Shown in pieces: positions 17,106 through 28,238 of a DNA stretch of 32,000 nt. The notes beneath the pieces are model-generated. The model worked only from the letters and a program-made list of their open reading frames with translations. It searched no databases and was not told where the DNA came from. Every line of letters starts with the position of its first letter. The stretch's first letter is position 1. The stretch comes from Mycolicibacterium smegmatis (lineage in GTDB: Bacteria > Actinomycetota > Actinomycetes > Mycobacteriales > Mycobacteriaceae): the NCBI RefSeq assembly GCF_001457595.1, contig NZ_LN831039.1, forward strand, positions 2,520,001 to 2,552,000, given 5' to 3'. Made by a program: the position numbers and the translations under genes.

Positions 17106-18560
17106 ATGGATCAACCGACGCAGACATCCGTGAAACCGCGCACCCTGGCCGAAAAGGTCTGGGACGACCACGTCGTGGCGCGTGGCGAGGGAGAGGGCAC
17201 CGCCAAAGAGCCCGATCTGATCTACATCGACCTCCATCTCGTCCACGAGGTCACCAGCCCGCAGGCCTTCGACGGGCTGCGGCTGGCCGGGCGTCCCGTG
17301 CGGCGGCCCGATCTGACGATCGCCACCGAGGACCACAACGTGCCGACCATCGACATCGACAAGCCGATCGCCGACCCGGTTTCGCGCACCCAGGTCGAGA
17401 CATTGCGGCGCAACTGCGAGGAATTCGGCATCCGCCTGCATCCCATGGGCGACGCCGAACAGGGCATCGTTCACATCATCGGCCCGCAGCTGGGCCTCAC
17501 CCAGCCCGGGATGACCGTGGTGTGCGGTGACTCGCACACGTCGACCCACGGCGCCTTCGGTGCCATCGCGATGGGCATCGGCACCTCCGAGGTCGAGCAC
17601 GTGATGGCCACGCAGACGCTGTCGCTCAAGCCCTTCAAGACCATGGCGGTCAACGTCGACGGCGAACTGCCGCCCGGCGTGAGCGCCAAGGACATCATCC
17701 TGGCGGTGATCGCCAAGATCGGCACCGGCGGTGGGCAGGGACACGTCATCGAGTACCGCGGCAGCGCCATCCGCTCGCTGTCCATGGAGGGCCGGATGAC
17801 GATCTGCAACATGAGCATCGAGGCCGGCGCCCGCGCGGGCATGGTCGCGCCCGACGAGACCACGTTCGAGTTCCTCAAGGGTCGTCCGCACGCGCCCAAG
17901 GGCGCCGACTGGGACGCCGCCGTCGCCGCGTGGAGCCGGTTGCGCACCGACGAGGGCGCCGAATTCGACACCGAGGTCTACATCGACGCCTCCACGCTGA
18001 GCCCGTTCGTGACCTGGGGCACCAACCCCGGCCAGGGCGTTCCGCTGTCGGAGGCCGTGCCCGACCCCGAGCTGATCGTCGACGAGGGCGCCCGTCAGGC
18101 CGCGGAAAAGGCTTTGGCCTACATGGACCTTCGCCCGGGTACCCCGATGCGCGACATCGCCGTGGACACGGTGTTCGTGGGCTCGTGCACCAACGGCCGG
18201 ATCGAGGATCTGCGCGTGGTGGCCGACGTGCTGCGCGGCCGGAAGGTTGCCGACGGCGTGCGGATGCTCATCGTCCCGGGTTCGATGCGGGTGCGCGCAC
18301 AGGCCGAATCGGAAGGCCTCGACCAGATATTCACCGCAGCCGGGGCCCAATGGCGCCAGGCCGGGTGCTCGATGTGCCTCGGGATGAACCCCGATCAGCT
18401 CTCCCCGGGGGAGCGCTGCGCGTCGACGTCCAACCGCAACTTCGAGGGTCGCCAGGGCAAGGGCGGCCGCACCCACCTGGTGTCGCCTGCTGTCGCCGCA
18501 GCCACCGCCGTGCGCGGAAAGCTCGCGTCCCCTGCAGATCTACCCGCCGCGGCCCGCTAG
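17106..18560 (+). CDS. leuC: 3-isopropylmalate dehydratase large subunit
   Basis: Conserved from [14 protein letters not shown]...[19 protein letters not shown], with Fe-S Cys motifs VCGDSHT, GSCTNGR and CSMCLGMN. The start is either ATG 17106 (484 aa) or ATG 17091. The track's GTG at 17031 adds a non-conserved extension. Confidence 0.94.
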   Translation: MDQPTQTSVKPRTLAEKVWDDHVVARGEGEGTAKEPDLIYIDLHLVHEVTSPQAFDGLRLAGRPVRRPDLTIATEDHNVPTIDIDKPIADPVSRTQVETLRRNCEEFGIRLHPMGDAEQGIVHIIGPQLGLTQPGMTVVCGDSHTSTHGAFGAIAMGIGTSEVEHVMATQTLSLKPFKTMAVNVDGELPPGVSAKDIILAVIAKIGTGGGQGHVIEYRGSAIRSLSMEGRMTICNMSIEAGARAGMVAPDETTFEFLKGRPHAPKGADWDAAVAAWSRLRTDEGAEFDTEVYIDASTLSPFVTWGTNPGQGVPLSEAVPDPELIVDEGARQAAEKALAYMDLRPGTPMRDIAVDTVFVGSCTNGRIEDLRVVADVLRGRKVADGVRMLIVPGSMRVRAQAESEGLDQIFTAAGAQWRQAGCSMCLGMNPDQLSPGERCASTSNRNFEGRQGKGGRTHLVSPAVAAATAVRGKLASPADLPAAAR

Positions 18561-18583
18561 AAAACCCACGAAGGAGAAGCGTG

Positions 18584-19177
18584 ATGGAGGCTTTCACCAC
18601 CCACACCGGCATCGGTGTCCCGCTGCGGCGGTCCAACGTCGACACCGACCAGATCATCCCGGCGGTCTACCTGAAGCGGGTGACCCGAACGGGTTTCGAG
18701 GACGGTTTGTTCGCCGCCTGGCGCAACGATCCGTCGTTCATCCTCAATCTGTCGCCCTTCGACAAGGGTTCCGTCCTTGTCGCCGGACCGGATTTCGGCA
18801 CCGGATCGTCGCGCGAACATGCCGTCTGGGCCCTCATGGACTACGGCTTCCGGGTCGTGATCTCGTCCCGATTCGCCGACATCTTCCGGGGGAACGCGGG
18901 TAAAGCGGGGCTTCTGGCGGCCGAAGTGGCCCAAGATGATGTCGAACTTCTTTGGAAGGTGATCGAGCAGAATCCCGGGCTGGAAATCACTGTGAATCTT
19001 CAAGATCGAACGGTGACCGCCGGAACGGTCGTGGTGCCGTTCAGGATTGATGACTACACCCGGTGGCGGCTGCTCGAAGGACTGGACGATATAGGCCTTA
19101 CGCTGCGGAAACTCGATCAGATCGAGGCCTACGAGGCGGCTCGTCCGGCCTGGAAACCGCGCACTCTCCCGGCCTGA
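18584..19177 (+). CDS. leuD: 3-isopropylmalate dehydratase small subunit
   Basis: [43 protein letters not shown]...[17 protein letters not shown] (197 aa). A strong SD, GAAGGAGAAG, lies 7 nt upstream of the ATG at 18584. Confidence 0.95.
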   Translation: MEAFTTHTGIGVPLRRSNVDTDQIIPAVYLKRVTRTGFEDGLFAAWRNDPSFILNLSPFDKGSVLVAGPDFGTGSSREHAVWALMDYGFRVVISSRFADIFRGNAGKAGLLAAEVAQDDVELLWKVIEQNPGLEITVNLQDRTVTAGTVVVPFRIDDYTRWRLLEGLDDIGLTLRKLDQIEAYEAARPAWKPRTLPA

Positions 19178-19380
19178 TCCGGGCCTTCGGCGACCCGAAT
19201 TCGCCGCCCACCTAGTCGGTTCTGGAGCCCCCTGACAGGAGGTCAAGTGGGGCAACCAGATTGCCGAAAAGTTCGCTAGCTTCGCCTGAAACTGCGCGTG
19301 GCTCTTGGAAATCAGTGGTCACAGGGTTTACCGTGTCCACTAGTCGGTCCAAAGAGGACCACTGGTTTCGGAGGTTTTGG

Positions 19381-20007
19381 ATGAACAAAGCGGAGCTCAT
19401 CGACGTACTCACAACCAAAATGGGCACCGATCGTCGGCAGGCTACCGCCGCGGTGGAGAACGTCGTCGACACCATCGTGCGCGCGGTGCACAAGGGCGAT
19501 AGCGTGACGATCACCGGGTTCGGTGTCTTCGAGCAGCGCCGCCGCGCCGCTCGCGTGGCCCGTAACCCGCGGACCGGTGAGACCGTGAAGGTCAAGCCGA
19601 CCTCGGTGCCGGCGTTCCGTCCCGGTGCGCAGTTCAAGGCGGTTATCTCTGGCGCACAGAAGCTCCCGGCCGATGGTCCGGCCGTGAAGCGTGGCGTCAC
19701 CGCTGGTCCCGCCAAGAAGGCCGCCAAGAAGGCACCGGCCAAGAAGGCCGCCGCCAAGAAGACGGCGACCAAGGCTGCGGCGAAGAAGGCCCCGGCCAAG
19801 AAGGCCGCGACCAAGGCTCCGGCGAAGAAGGCCGCGACCAAGGCTCCGGCCAAGAAGGCCGCGACCAAGGCTCCGGCGAAGAAGGCCGCGACCAAGGCTC
19901 CGGCCAAGAAGGCCGCCGCCAAGGCTCCGGCCAAGAAGGCCGCGACCAAGGCTCCGGCCAAGAAGGCCGCCGCCAAGAAGGCCCCGGCCAAGAAGGGCCG
20001 CAGGTAA
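19381..20007 (+). CDS. hupB: HU-type nucleoid-associated protein with histone-H1-like PAKKA-repeat tail (HupB/Hlp/MDP1)
   Basis: [86 protein letters not shown] forms the HU fold. An Ala/Lys/Pro repeat tail of about 110 aa follows. Total length is 208 aa. SD GGAGG lies 6 nt upstream. Confidence 0.97.
   Translation: MNKAELIDVLTTKMGTDRRQATAAVENVVDTIVRAVHKGDSVTITGFGVFEQRRRAARVARNPRTGETVKVKPTSVPAFRPGAQFKAVISGAQKLPADGPAVKRGVTAGPAKKAAKKAPAKKAAAKKTATKAAAKKAPAKKAATKAPAKKAATKAPAKKAATKAPAKKAATKAPAKKAAAKAPAKKAATKAPAKKAAAKKAPAKKGRR
19813..19974 (+). repeat. Coding 27-bp tandem repeat, 6 copies (AAGGCTCCGGCSAAGAAGGCCGCSRCC = KAPAKKAA[T/A]) in the hupB tail
   Basis: Copies start at 19813, 19840, 19867, 19894, 19921 and 19948, with 0-3 substitutions each. 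More degenerate copies flank them across roughly 19690-19990. Confidence 0.85.
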
Positions 20008-20014
20008 ATTCCGC

Positions 20015-20056
20015 AAAAGGCACGCCGCGGGGTGATTCACCCCCGGCGTGCCTTTC
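20015..20056. terminator. Bidirectional intrinsic terminator between convergent hupB and mutT1
   Basis: AAAA-GGCACGCCGCGGGGTG, loop ATT, CACCCCCGGCGTGCC-TTTCG. The stem is about 15 bp with one bulged C and is flanked by A- and T-rich tracts. Confidence 0.7.
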
Positions 20057-20067
20057 GCGTTGGTGCG

Positions 20068-21057
20068 TTACTTCTCGTCGGGAGGGCTCAGATAGTCGGC
20101 ACCCACCAGTTCGCCGTCGGACAGCGACAGCACCCAGGTGCTGCCTTTCCGATTGCCGGTGGTCTCCGGACGCACCTTCGCCCGCTCGCACCACCATTCG
20201 ATGAGACCGGGAATCACCTTGCCCTGCGTGCAAATCACGGGGTTGCCCGGTCTGCCCGCGATCTCCAGCAGCCGCTTGCGGGCGGCCTTGTGGTCGGCGG
20301 CATAGGCCTCTTCGGTCAGCAGCGGCTCGTTGTGGATGAGCTGATCGAGTTCCTGCGCCAGCGGTTCGATGGTCTGATGGCAGCGCACCCGGTCGGCCGC
20401 GTACAGCGTTGTGGCACCGAATGCCATCAATTGCGCGACGAGTGCCTCGGCCTGTGCGCGGCCACGCTTGTCCAGCGGACGCTTGCGATCGTCACCCTTG
20501 TAGCGGGAGCGGCGCCCGGCCGTGCCGTGCCGCACGACGAGTACCGTCTTGGTGTCGACCGGTCGTTTTACGAAGCGCCGCAGTACTTTTCGGTCATCCG
20601 GGTACTGCAGCTGATCCATCGCCGCGTCGACGGGAAGCCATACGAGCTTGTCCACCTCGTCGTTGGGGCTGAAATCTCCTCCGGTCGATTTCGCGGCCCA
20701 GTACCAAACACGTTTGGTGCCCTGCGGGATCGGGTACGTCACCCGTCCGAGGCGGCGGCCCAGCACCGCGGTGTGCCCGGTCTCCTCGTGGATCTCGCGT
20801 GCCGCGGCCACCGGTTCGGTCTCGCCCTGGTCCAATTTGCCCTTGGGAAGTGACCAGTCGTCGTAACGTGGGCGGTGGATGACGGCGACCTCCACCGTCG
20901 CGGGATGCCCTGTGGTTCCACCGTGCTCCGACGCATCGCGCCAGAGCACCGCTCCCGCGGCACGGACGGTGTGCTTCGACTTCTCGGTGGTGTCCTTCGA
21001 CAACGGGATCTCCTGCAGATCGTCCACCGGCATCACAAGCCGGGCCGTTTCACTCAT
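20068..21057 (-). CDS. mutT1: MutT1: Nudix hydrolase fused to a histidine-phosphatase (PGM-like) domain
   Basis: The Nudix box is [22 protein letters not shown]. The C-terminal half has VRHGTAG (an RHG motif). The ATG at 21057 overlaps the ppk1 TGA (ATGA on the minus strand, 21057-21054). An alternative ATG at 21033 would give 321 aa. The track's 598-aa ORF is an out-of-frame extension through ppk1. Confidence 0.88.
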   Translation of the reverse strand: MSETARLVMPVDDLQEIPLSKDTTEKSKHTVRAAGAVLWRDASEHGGTTGHPATVEVAVIHRPRYDDWSLPKGKLDQGETEPVAAAREIHEETGHTAVLGRRLGRVTYPIPQGTKRVWYWAAKSTGGDFSPNDEVDKLVWLPVDAAMDQLQYPDDRKVLRRFVKRPVDTKTVLVVRHGTAGRRSRYKGDDRKRPLDKRGRAQAEALVAQLMAFGATTLYAADRVRCHQTIEPLAQELDQLIHNEPLLTEEAYAADHKAARKRLLEIAGRPGNPVICTQGKVIPGLIEWWCERAKVRPETTGNRKGSTWVLSLSDGELVGADYLSPPDEK

Positions 21058-23264
21058 GGCTGGCGGTGGCGTTCCATCAGGGACACCTGATGGTCTCGGA
21101 CCGTCTGGCCTTCCTGAGGCAGTGCGACCCAGTGGCTGTCGTGCCGCAGTTCCCAGCAACGGGTGGCCGGGTCCATGGCCGACTCGAACACCTCGTTGAG
21201 TTGCGCGGTCAGCCGCGGATCCTTGACCTGCGCCATGACCTCCACGCGCCGGTCGAGATTGCGGTGCATCATGTCGGCGCTGCCGATCCAGAATTCGTTG
21301 ATGCCGCGGAAATGAATGATGCGCGAATGTTCGAGGAACCGGCCGAGGATCGACCGGACCGTGATGTTGTCCGAATACCCGGGGACGCCGGGGCGCAGCG
21401 CGCAGATCCCGCGGACCACGATGTCGACGGGGATACCGGCCTGCGACGCCCGGTACAGCGCGTCGATCACCTGCTCGTCGACCAGCGCGTTGGCCTTCAA
21501 GCGGATTCCGGTCTGCGCCCCCGCGTGCTGCGCGGCGATCTCCCGGTCGATCCGCTCGATGATGCCCTTGCGCACACCGCGGGGCGCCACCAGCAGGTTG
21601 CGATAGGAATCCTTGCGGGAGTAGCCGGTCAGCGAGTTGAACAGGTCCGTGAGGTCGGCCCCGATGTCGGGGTCGGCGGTGAGCAGGCCCACATCCTCGT
21701 AGAGGCGTGCGGTTTTCGGGTTGTAGTTGCCGGTCCCGATGTGGCAGTACCGCCGGATCGCCGAACCCTCGCGACGCACGACAAGACAAGTCTTGCAATG
21801 TGTCTTCAACCCGATGAGCCCGTAGACCACGTGCACGCCCGCCTGCTCCAGCGTGCGCGCCCACTTGATGTTGGCCTGTTCGTCGAAGCGGGCCTTGATC
21901 TCGACGAGGGCGACCACCTGCTTGCCCGCCTCGGCGGCATCGATCAGTGCGTTGACGATGGGGGAGTCGCCCGATGTGCGGTACAGCGTCTGCTTGATGG
22001 CCAGCACGTTGGGATCCGCGGCGGCCTGCTCGATGAACCGCTGCACCGTCGTCGAGAACGAGTCATACGGGTGGTGTACCAGCACATCTCCGTCGCGCAG
22101 CGTCGAGAAGATACTCTTGGGCGTCTCGCGTTCGCCGAACGCAGGCGGGGTTGCCGGGACGAACGGCCGGTCCTTGAGATCAGGGCGGTCGACGCTGTAG
22201 ATCTGCCACAGCGCCGACAGATCGAGCAGGCCCGGCACCTCGATGACATCGCCGGGTGCCACGTCGAGTTCGCGCAGCAGCAGTTCCAGCATGCTCTCGG
22301 TCATGTCGTCGGAAACTTCCAGCCGGACCGGCGAACCGAATCGCCTGCGCGCGAGTTCCCGTTCCAGCGCCTGCAGCAGATCCTCGTCGCGGTCCTCCTC
22401 GACCTCGAAGTCCGCGTTGCGGGTGATGCGGAAAGCGTGGTGCTCCACCACTTCCAGTCCGGGGAACAGCACGGGCAGGAAAGCCGCGATGAGCTCCTCC
22501 ATGGGCAGGAAGCGCACACCGTCGGAGTCATGCGACGACGATCCGAGTTCGACGAAGCGCCCGACGTTGTCGGGAACCTTGATCCTGGCGAAGTGCTGTC
22601 CACCGTCGTCGGGATGCCTGACGGTGATCGCGAGGTTCAGGCTCAGACCGCTCACGAACGGGAACGGGTGCGCCGGGTCGACCGCGAGCGGGGTGAGCAC
22701 GGGGAAGACCTGCTCGTGGAAATAGGTGGAGAGTTTGGCGCGTTCGTCCTCGTCGAGTTCGGCCCACGTGACGATGTGGATGCCCTGCTGGGCCAGTGCC
22801 GGGCGCACCGAGTCGAGGAACACCGCCGCGTGGCGGAAGGAGATCTGCTGTGTGCGTTCGTTGATGCGGCGCAACTGCTCACGCGGGGACAAGCCGTCCG
22901 CCGAGCGCACCGACAGGCCCATCTCGTCGCGGCGTTTGAGGCCGGCGACGCGGACCATGTAGAACTCGTCGAGGTTGGAGGCGAAGATCGCAAGGAATTT
23001 CGCGCGCTCCAACAACGGCAGCGAGGGGTCGGCCGCGAGCGCGAGCACGCGCGCGTTGAAGTCGAGCCAGCTCAGCTCGCGGTTGAGGTAGCGGTCTTCG
23101 GGCAGCGTGTTGTCGACGGTCGGCGAGGTTGCCGCGGGCGGCGCGGCAGGCGTCGCGACCGCCTGTCCCGAGGCGGCCGGGCGTGCGGTTCCGTCCTGCG
23201 CGAGGGGCTCATCGGTGCGATTGGCAGGCTCTGCTTCGGTCGCTTCGCTCACGTGTCCGATCAT
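21054..23264 (-). CDS. ppk1: Polyphosphate kinase 1
   Basis: This 736-aa ORF contains [21 protein letters not shown] and [25 protein letters not shown], plus PLD-like HKD regions ([22 protein letters not shown]). A GTG at 23252 is an alternative start with better SD spacing. Confidence 0.96.
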   Translation of the reverse strand: MIGHVSEATEAEPANRTDEPLAQDGTARPAASGQAVATPAAPPAATSPTVDNTLPEDRYLNRELSWLDFNARVLALAADPSLPLLERAKFLAIFASNLDEFYMVRVAGLKRRDEMGLSVRSADGLSPREQLRRINERTQQISFRHAAVFLDSVRPALAQQGIHIVTWAELDEDERAKLSTYFHEQVFPVLTPLAVDPAHPFPFVSGLSLNLAITVRHPDDGGQHFARIKVPDNVGRFVELGSSSHDSDGVRFLPMEELIAAFLPVLFPGLEVVEHHAFRITRNADFEVEEDRDEDLLQALERELARRRFGSPVRLEVSDDMTESMLELLLRELDVAPGDVIEVPGLLDLSALWQIYSVDRPDLKDRPFVPATPPAFGERETPKSIFSTLRDGDVLVHHPYDSFSTTVQRFIEQAAADPNVLAIKQTLYRTSGDSPIVNALIDAAEAGKQVVALVEIKARFDEQANIKWARTLEQAGVHVVYGLIGLKTHCKTCLVVRREGSAIRRYCHIGTGNYNPKTARLYEDVGLLTADPDIGADLTDLFNSLTGYSRKDSYRNLLVAPRGVRKGIIERIDREIAAQHAGAQTGIRLKANALVDEQVIDALYRASQAGIPVDIVVRGICALRPGVPGYSDNITVRSILGRFLEHSRIIHFRGINEFWIGSADMMHRNLDRRVEVMAQVKDPRLTAQLNEVFESAMDPATRCWELRHDSHWVALPQEGQTVRDHQVSLMERHRQP

Positions 23265-23292
23265 TCCCTAAGACCGGTCGGGCGGCCACCTC

Positions 23293-25020
<1,728 letters not shown>

Positions 25021-25024
25021 ACAC

Positions 25025-26134
25025 ATGGACGGCACCTACGGAGATTCCACTCGCAGCGTCAAAGCCGTTGGGGTGGACGCGGTTCCGGGGCAGCCCGTGG
25101 CGCCCATGCCGGTGCCCGCCTCGACCTATCACCTGTCGCCCGACGCGACCGAACCGCTGGACAGCTACGGCCGCAGCTCGAACCCGTCGTGGCGGCAGCT
25201 GGAGTCGGCGCTGGCCGAACTCGAAGGTGCCTCGTGGGCGTTGACCTACGGCTCCGGGATGGCCGCGATCACCTCGACGCTGCGCGCGCTGACCCGGCCG
25301 GGCACCACGCTGGTCGTCCCCGCCGACGGGTACTACCAGGTGCGGCGATACGGCGCGGAATATCTTGCCCAACAAGGTGTTTCGGTCATCGAAGCGCACT
25401 CGCACGAGATGTGCGATGCCGCGGAGAAGGCCGACGTGGTACTCGCCGAGACACCGGCCAATCCGGGACTGGACGTCGTCGACCTGCACCGTCTGGCGAT
25501 GATCTGCCGGGCCCGCAAGGCCACCCTGGTCGTCGACAACACCACCGCGACACCGCTGGGACAGCAACCGCTTTCGCTCGGCGCCGATCTGGTGGTGGCC
25601 AGCGCGACGAAATCGTTGTCGGGGCACAGTGACCTGATCGCGGGTTACGTGGCGGGCTGCCAGCCGGAACTGGCTGAGCGCATCGAACGCGACCGGCTGC
25701 TGGCCGGCCCCATCCTCGGGGCGTTCGAGGCCTGGCTGGTGCTGCGCAGCCTCGGTAGTGCGGGGCTGCGCTTCGAACGGCAGTGCCAGAACGCGCTCGC
25801 CCTGGCGGTCATGCTGCGCGGCCATCCGGCCGTGCGCTCGGTGCGGTATCCGGGGCTGCCGGAAGATCCGGCACACGCCGTGGCCGCCGAGCAGATGAAA
25901 CATTTCGGTGGGCTGGTGTCGTTCGAACTGGCCGACGCCGCTGCGGTCAACGCGCTCGTCGAACGCAGCGAGTTGCTCATCGCCTCGACGAGCTTCGGCG
26001 GCATCCACACCTCCGTCGACCGCCGCGCGCGCTGGGGTGATCCGGTGCCCGAGGGGTTCGTGCGCATCTCCGCCGGGATCGAGGACACCGACGATCTGCT
26101 CGCCGACGTCGAACGAGCCCTGCCCGCCGGGTGA
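25025..26134 (+). CDS. PLP-dependent Cys/Met-metabolism enzyme (cystathionine gamma-lyase/synthase family)
   Basis: This 369-aa ORF has a PLP-lysine motif SATKSLSGHSDLIAG. It also contains YGRSSNPSWRQLESALAELEG and a C-terminal RISAGIEDTDDLLADVERAL. It starts 4 nt after the gpsA stop. Confidence 0.87.
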   Translation: MDGTYGDSTRSVKAVGVDAVPGQPVAPMPVPASTYHLSPDATEPLDSYGRSSNPSWRQLESALAELEGASWALTYGSGMAAITSTLRALTRPGTTLVVPADGYYQVRRYGAEYLAQQGVSVIEAHSHEMCDAAEKADVVLAETPANPGLDVVDLHRLAMICRARKATLVVDNTTATPLGQQPLSLGADLVVASATKSLSGHSDLIAGYVAGCQPELAERIERDRLLAGPILGAFEAWLVLRSLGSAGLRFERQCQNALALAVMLRGHPAVRSVRYPGLPEDPAHAVAAEQMKHFGGLVSFELADAAAVNALVERSELLIASTSFGGIHTSVDRRARWGDPVPEGFVRISAGIEDTDDLLADVERALPAG

Positions 26135-26275
26135 CGCGCGGCGCCGCGCCCGTTGCCGAAAACGTCGCGGCCCGTGGCCGCCCGCCGCGGGGAGATTTCG
26201 GGGCCGCGTCGCATAAGGCCAGGTCAGGGTGTGCCGAAATGCGCGACCGAGGCGGGGCGGTAGCCTCTCTAGGTT

Positions 26276-27397
26276 GTGACTGCCCCGAACCATCCTCCTG
26301 GCCGCACCCGCGTCGCCGTCGTCTACGGCGGGCGTAGCTCGGAGCACGCGATCTCGTGCGTGTCGGCAGGCAGCATCCTGCGCAACCTCGATCCGGAGCG
26401 TTTCGAGGTCGTCGCCATCGGCATCACGCCTGACGGCTCGTGGGTGCTCACCGACGGTCGGCCCGAGACGCTCGCGATCACCGACGGCAAACTGCCCGCG
26501 GTGACCGAGGCGTCGGGCACCGAACTCGCGCTGCCCGCCGCGCCCAACCGCAGCGGCCAGTTGCTGGCGCTGGGCAACGGCCCCGGCGAGATCCTCGCCG
26601 CGGTCGATGTGGTGTTCCCCGTGCTGCACGGTCCGTACGGCGAAGACGGCACCATCCAGGGCCTGCTCGAACTCGCAGGCGTGCCCTACGTGGGATCGGG
26701 CGTGCTGGCCAGCGCCGCCGGTATGGACAAGGAGTACACCAAGAAGCTGCTCGCCGCCGAGGGGCTGCCGATCGGCGATCAGGTGGTCCTGCGTCCCGGC
26801 GTCGAGACCCTCGACCTCGAACAGCGTGAGCGGCTCGGCCTGCCGGTCTTCGTCAAACCCGCGCGCGGCGGATCCTCGATCGGCGTCAGCCGGGTCACCG
26901 CGTGGGACGAACTGCCCGCAGCGGTCGCGCTGGCGCGCCGCCATGACCCGAAGGTCATCGTCGAGGCCGCGGTGATAGGCCGTGAATTGGAGTGCGGTGT
27001 CCTGGAGTTCCCCGATGGCCGTCTCGAGGCCAGCACGGTCGGCGAGATCCGCGTGGCCGGTGTGCGCGGCCGCGAGGACGGGTTCTACGACTTCGCCACC
27101 AAATACCTCGAGGACGCGGCCGAACTCGACGTGCCCGCCAAGGTCGACGACGACGTCGCCGACGAGATCCGGCAGCTCGCGGTGCGCGCGTTCACCGCGA
27201 TCGGCTGCCAGGGCCTCGCACGCGTCGACTTCTTCCTCACCGACGACGGTCCGGTGATCAACGAGATCAACACCATGCCGGGGTTCACCACCATCTCGAT
27301 GTACCCGCGGATGTGGGCCGCCGGCGGTATCGACTATCCGACGCTGCTGGCCGCGATGGTCGACACCGCGATCGCGCGGGGCACCGGCCTGCGCTGA
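26276..27397 (+). CDS. ddlA: D-alanine--D-alanine ligase
   Basis: This 373-aa ORF starts with GTG. It contains [54 protein letters not shown] and EINTMPGFT (ATP-grasp fold). Confidence 0.97.
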   Translation: MTAPNHPPGRTRVAVVYGGRSSEHAISCVSAGSILRNLDPERFEVVAIGITPDGSWVLTDGRPETLAITDGKLPAVTEASGTELALPAAPNRSGQLLALGNGPGEILAAVDVVFPVLHGPYGEDGTIQGLLELAGVPYVGSGVLASAAGMDKEYTKKLLAAEGLPIGDQVVLRPGVETLDLEQRERLGLPVFVKPARGGSSIGVSRVTAWDELPAAVALARRHDPKVIVEAAVIGRELECGVLEFPDGRLEASTVGEIRVAGVRGREDGFYDFATKYLEDAAELDVPAKVDDDVADEIRQLAVRAFTAIGCQGLARVDFFLTDDGPVINEINTMPGFTTISMYPRMWAAGGIDYPTLLAAMVDTAIARGTGLR

Positions 27398-27985
27398 TCA
27401 GCGCGCGGGGCCCGGCTCGACGGGTTTTTCGGGCATGGCCCGTGCGATCTGACCCGAGATCAGCTGGATCGGTGTCGGCCCGGAGCCCGACGGCAGCGTC
27501 AGCGCCACATACACCGGGCGGTCGACCGCGTACCACGTGCTGCGTGTGTCCTCGGCCGCGCCCGCGTCGGCGTCCCCGGGTTGTGCGGCGCCGGTGTCGC
27601 CCACGCGGAACCACTGCACCAGATCGACCACCTGCAGCGGTGCGCCCACCACGAAGTCGACGGGTCGTTCCAGACCGCACCGCAGGATGATCGGTTCCAT
27701 GTCGGCCGCGCCGCGCCAGGCCGCCGTGCCCTGCGGCGTCGGCTCGACCGTCGGCGCACGCCGGAAATCGCCGAGTTGTTCCGGCAGGCCGTCCATGAGC
27801 GCGTGGCATTCCGGGCTGTCGGCCTGCGGGGCGGGCACCGACGAGATCGCCACCGGTTCCTGTTCGGGGGACTGCTTGTGCGACGCGGCGATTCCCAGCA
27901 CGGTGATCAACACCGACACCGCGACAACGACCGCCGCGATCAACAGAGCGCGGGGCGGGCCGTCGGTGGTGTGCGGATCGGTCAC
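27398..27985 (-). CDS. DUF3515-like membrane-anchored/secreted protein (Rv2980-like)
   Basis: This 195-aa ORF starts with GTG. It has an N-terminal TM helix (ALLIAAVVVAVSVLITVLGIAA) followed by an extracytoplasmic domain with conserved Cys (SPECHALMDGLP, ILRCGL). Its stop codon directly abuts the ddlA stop. Confidence 0.72.
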   Translation of the reverse strand: MTDPHTTDGPPRALLIAAVVVAVSVLITVLGIAASHKQSPEQEPVAISSVPAPQADSPECHALMDGLPEQLGDFRRAPTVEPTPQGTAAWRGAADMEPIILRCGLERPVDFVVGAPLQVVDLVQWFRVGDTGAAQPGDADAGAAEDTRSTWYAVDRPVYVALTLPSGSGPTPIQLISGQIARAMPEKPVEPGPAR

Positions 27986-27992
27986 ACCGACA

Positions 27993-27998
27993 ACTCTA
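27993..27998 (-). promoter_or_regulatory. Candidate -10 box (TAGAGT) upstream of the DUF3515 gene
   Basis: On the minus strand, TAGAGT lies 7 nt upstream of the GTG at 27985. The gene could instead be co-transcribed with the RAM-domain gene 16 nt upstream. Confidence 0.25.
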
Positions 27999-28001
27999 TG
28001 G

Positions 28002-28238
28002 CTATGTGCCGCTCGCGATCGGGCAGGTCAGCGTTCGTGTGATCCCGGCGACCTGCTGCACGCTCGGCACCACGTCCGCGCGCAGCGCCTCGAGCGTGTC
28101 GGCGCTGACGCGAAGCACGACATCGTAAGGGCCCGTCACGTATTCCGCCGAGACGACGCCCGCGAGCGAGGCGAGTTGTTTCGCTACGACCTCGGCGCGG
28201 CCCACCTCGGTCTGGATCAACACGTACGCCTCGACCAC
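28002..28238 (-). CDS. Stand-alone Lrp/AsnC ligand-binding (RAM) domain protein, 78 aa, no HTH
   Basis: (M)VEAYVLIQTEVGRAEVVAKQLASLAGVVSAEYVTGPYDVVLRVSADTLEALRADVVPSVQQVAGITRTLTCP follows the beta-alpha-beta-beta-alpha-beta RAM pattern. The GTG at 28238 is preceded by GGAGGAG 7 nt upstream. The track's ATG at 28286 adds an Arg-rich, low-quality extension. Confidence 0.72.
   Translation of the reverse strand: MVEAYVLIQTEVGRAEVVAKQLASLAGVVSAEYVTGPYDVVLRVSADTLEALRADVVPSVQQVAGITRTLTCPIASGT

Noticed and set aside
17004-18476. 490-aa minus-strand ORF antisense to leuC. The 415-aa plus-strand ORF 17930-19177 was also considered.
   Set aside because: The first is a shadow ORF. The second is simply the leuD frame extended upstream out of frame over leuC. 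The real leuD starts at 18584 behind a strong SD.
19212-20040. Periodic ORFs over the hupB tail: [11 protein letters not shown] repeats and LGRGLLGRS repeats on the minus strand, and RRPRPRLR repeats in another plus frame
   Set aside because: They are alternative-frame readings of the 27-bp PAKKA-encoding repeat. The HU fold and SD identify the true frame.
26135-26275. 141-nt GC-rich spacer upstream of ddlA, checked for a riboswitch or leader
   Set aside because: I could recognise no conserved riboswitch core, small ORF with regulatory codons, or terminator by eye. It is probably just a promoter region. Only an Rfam/Infernal scan could exclude an RNA element.
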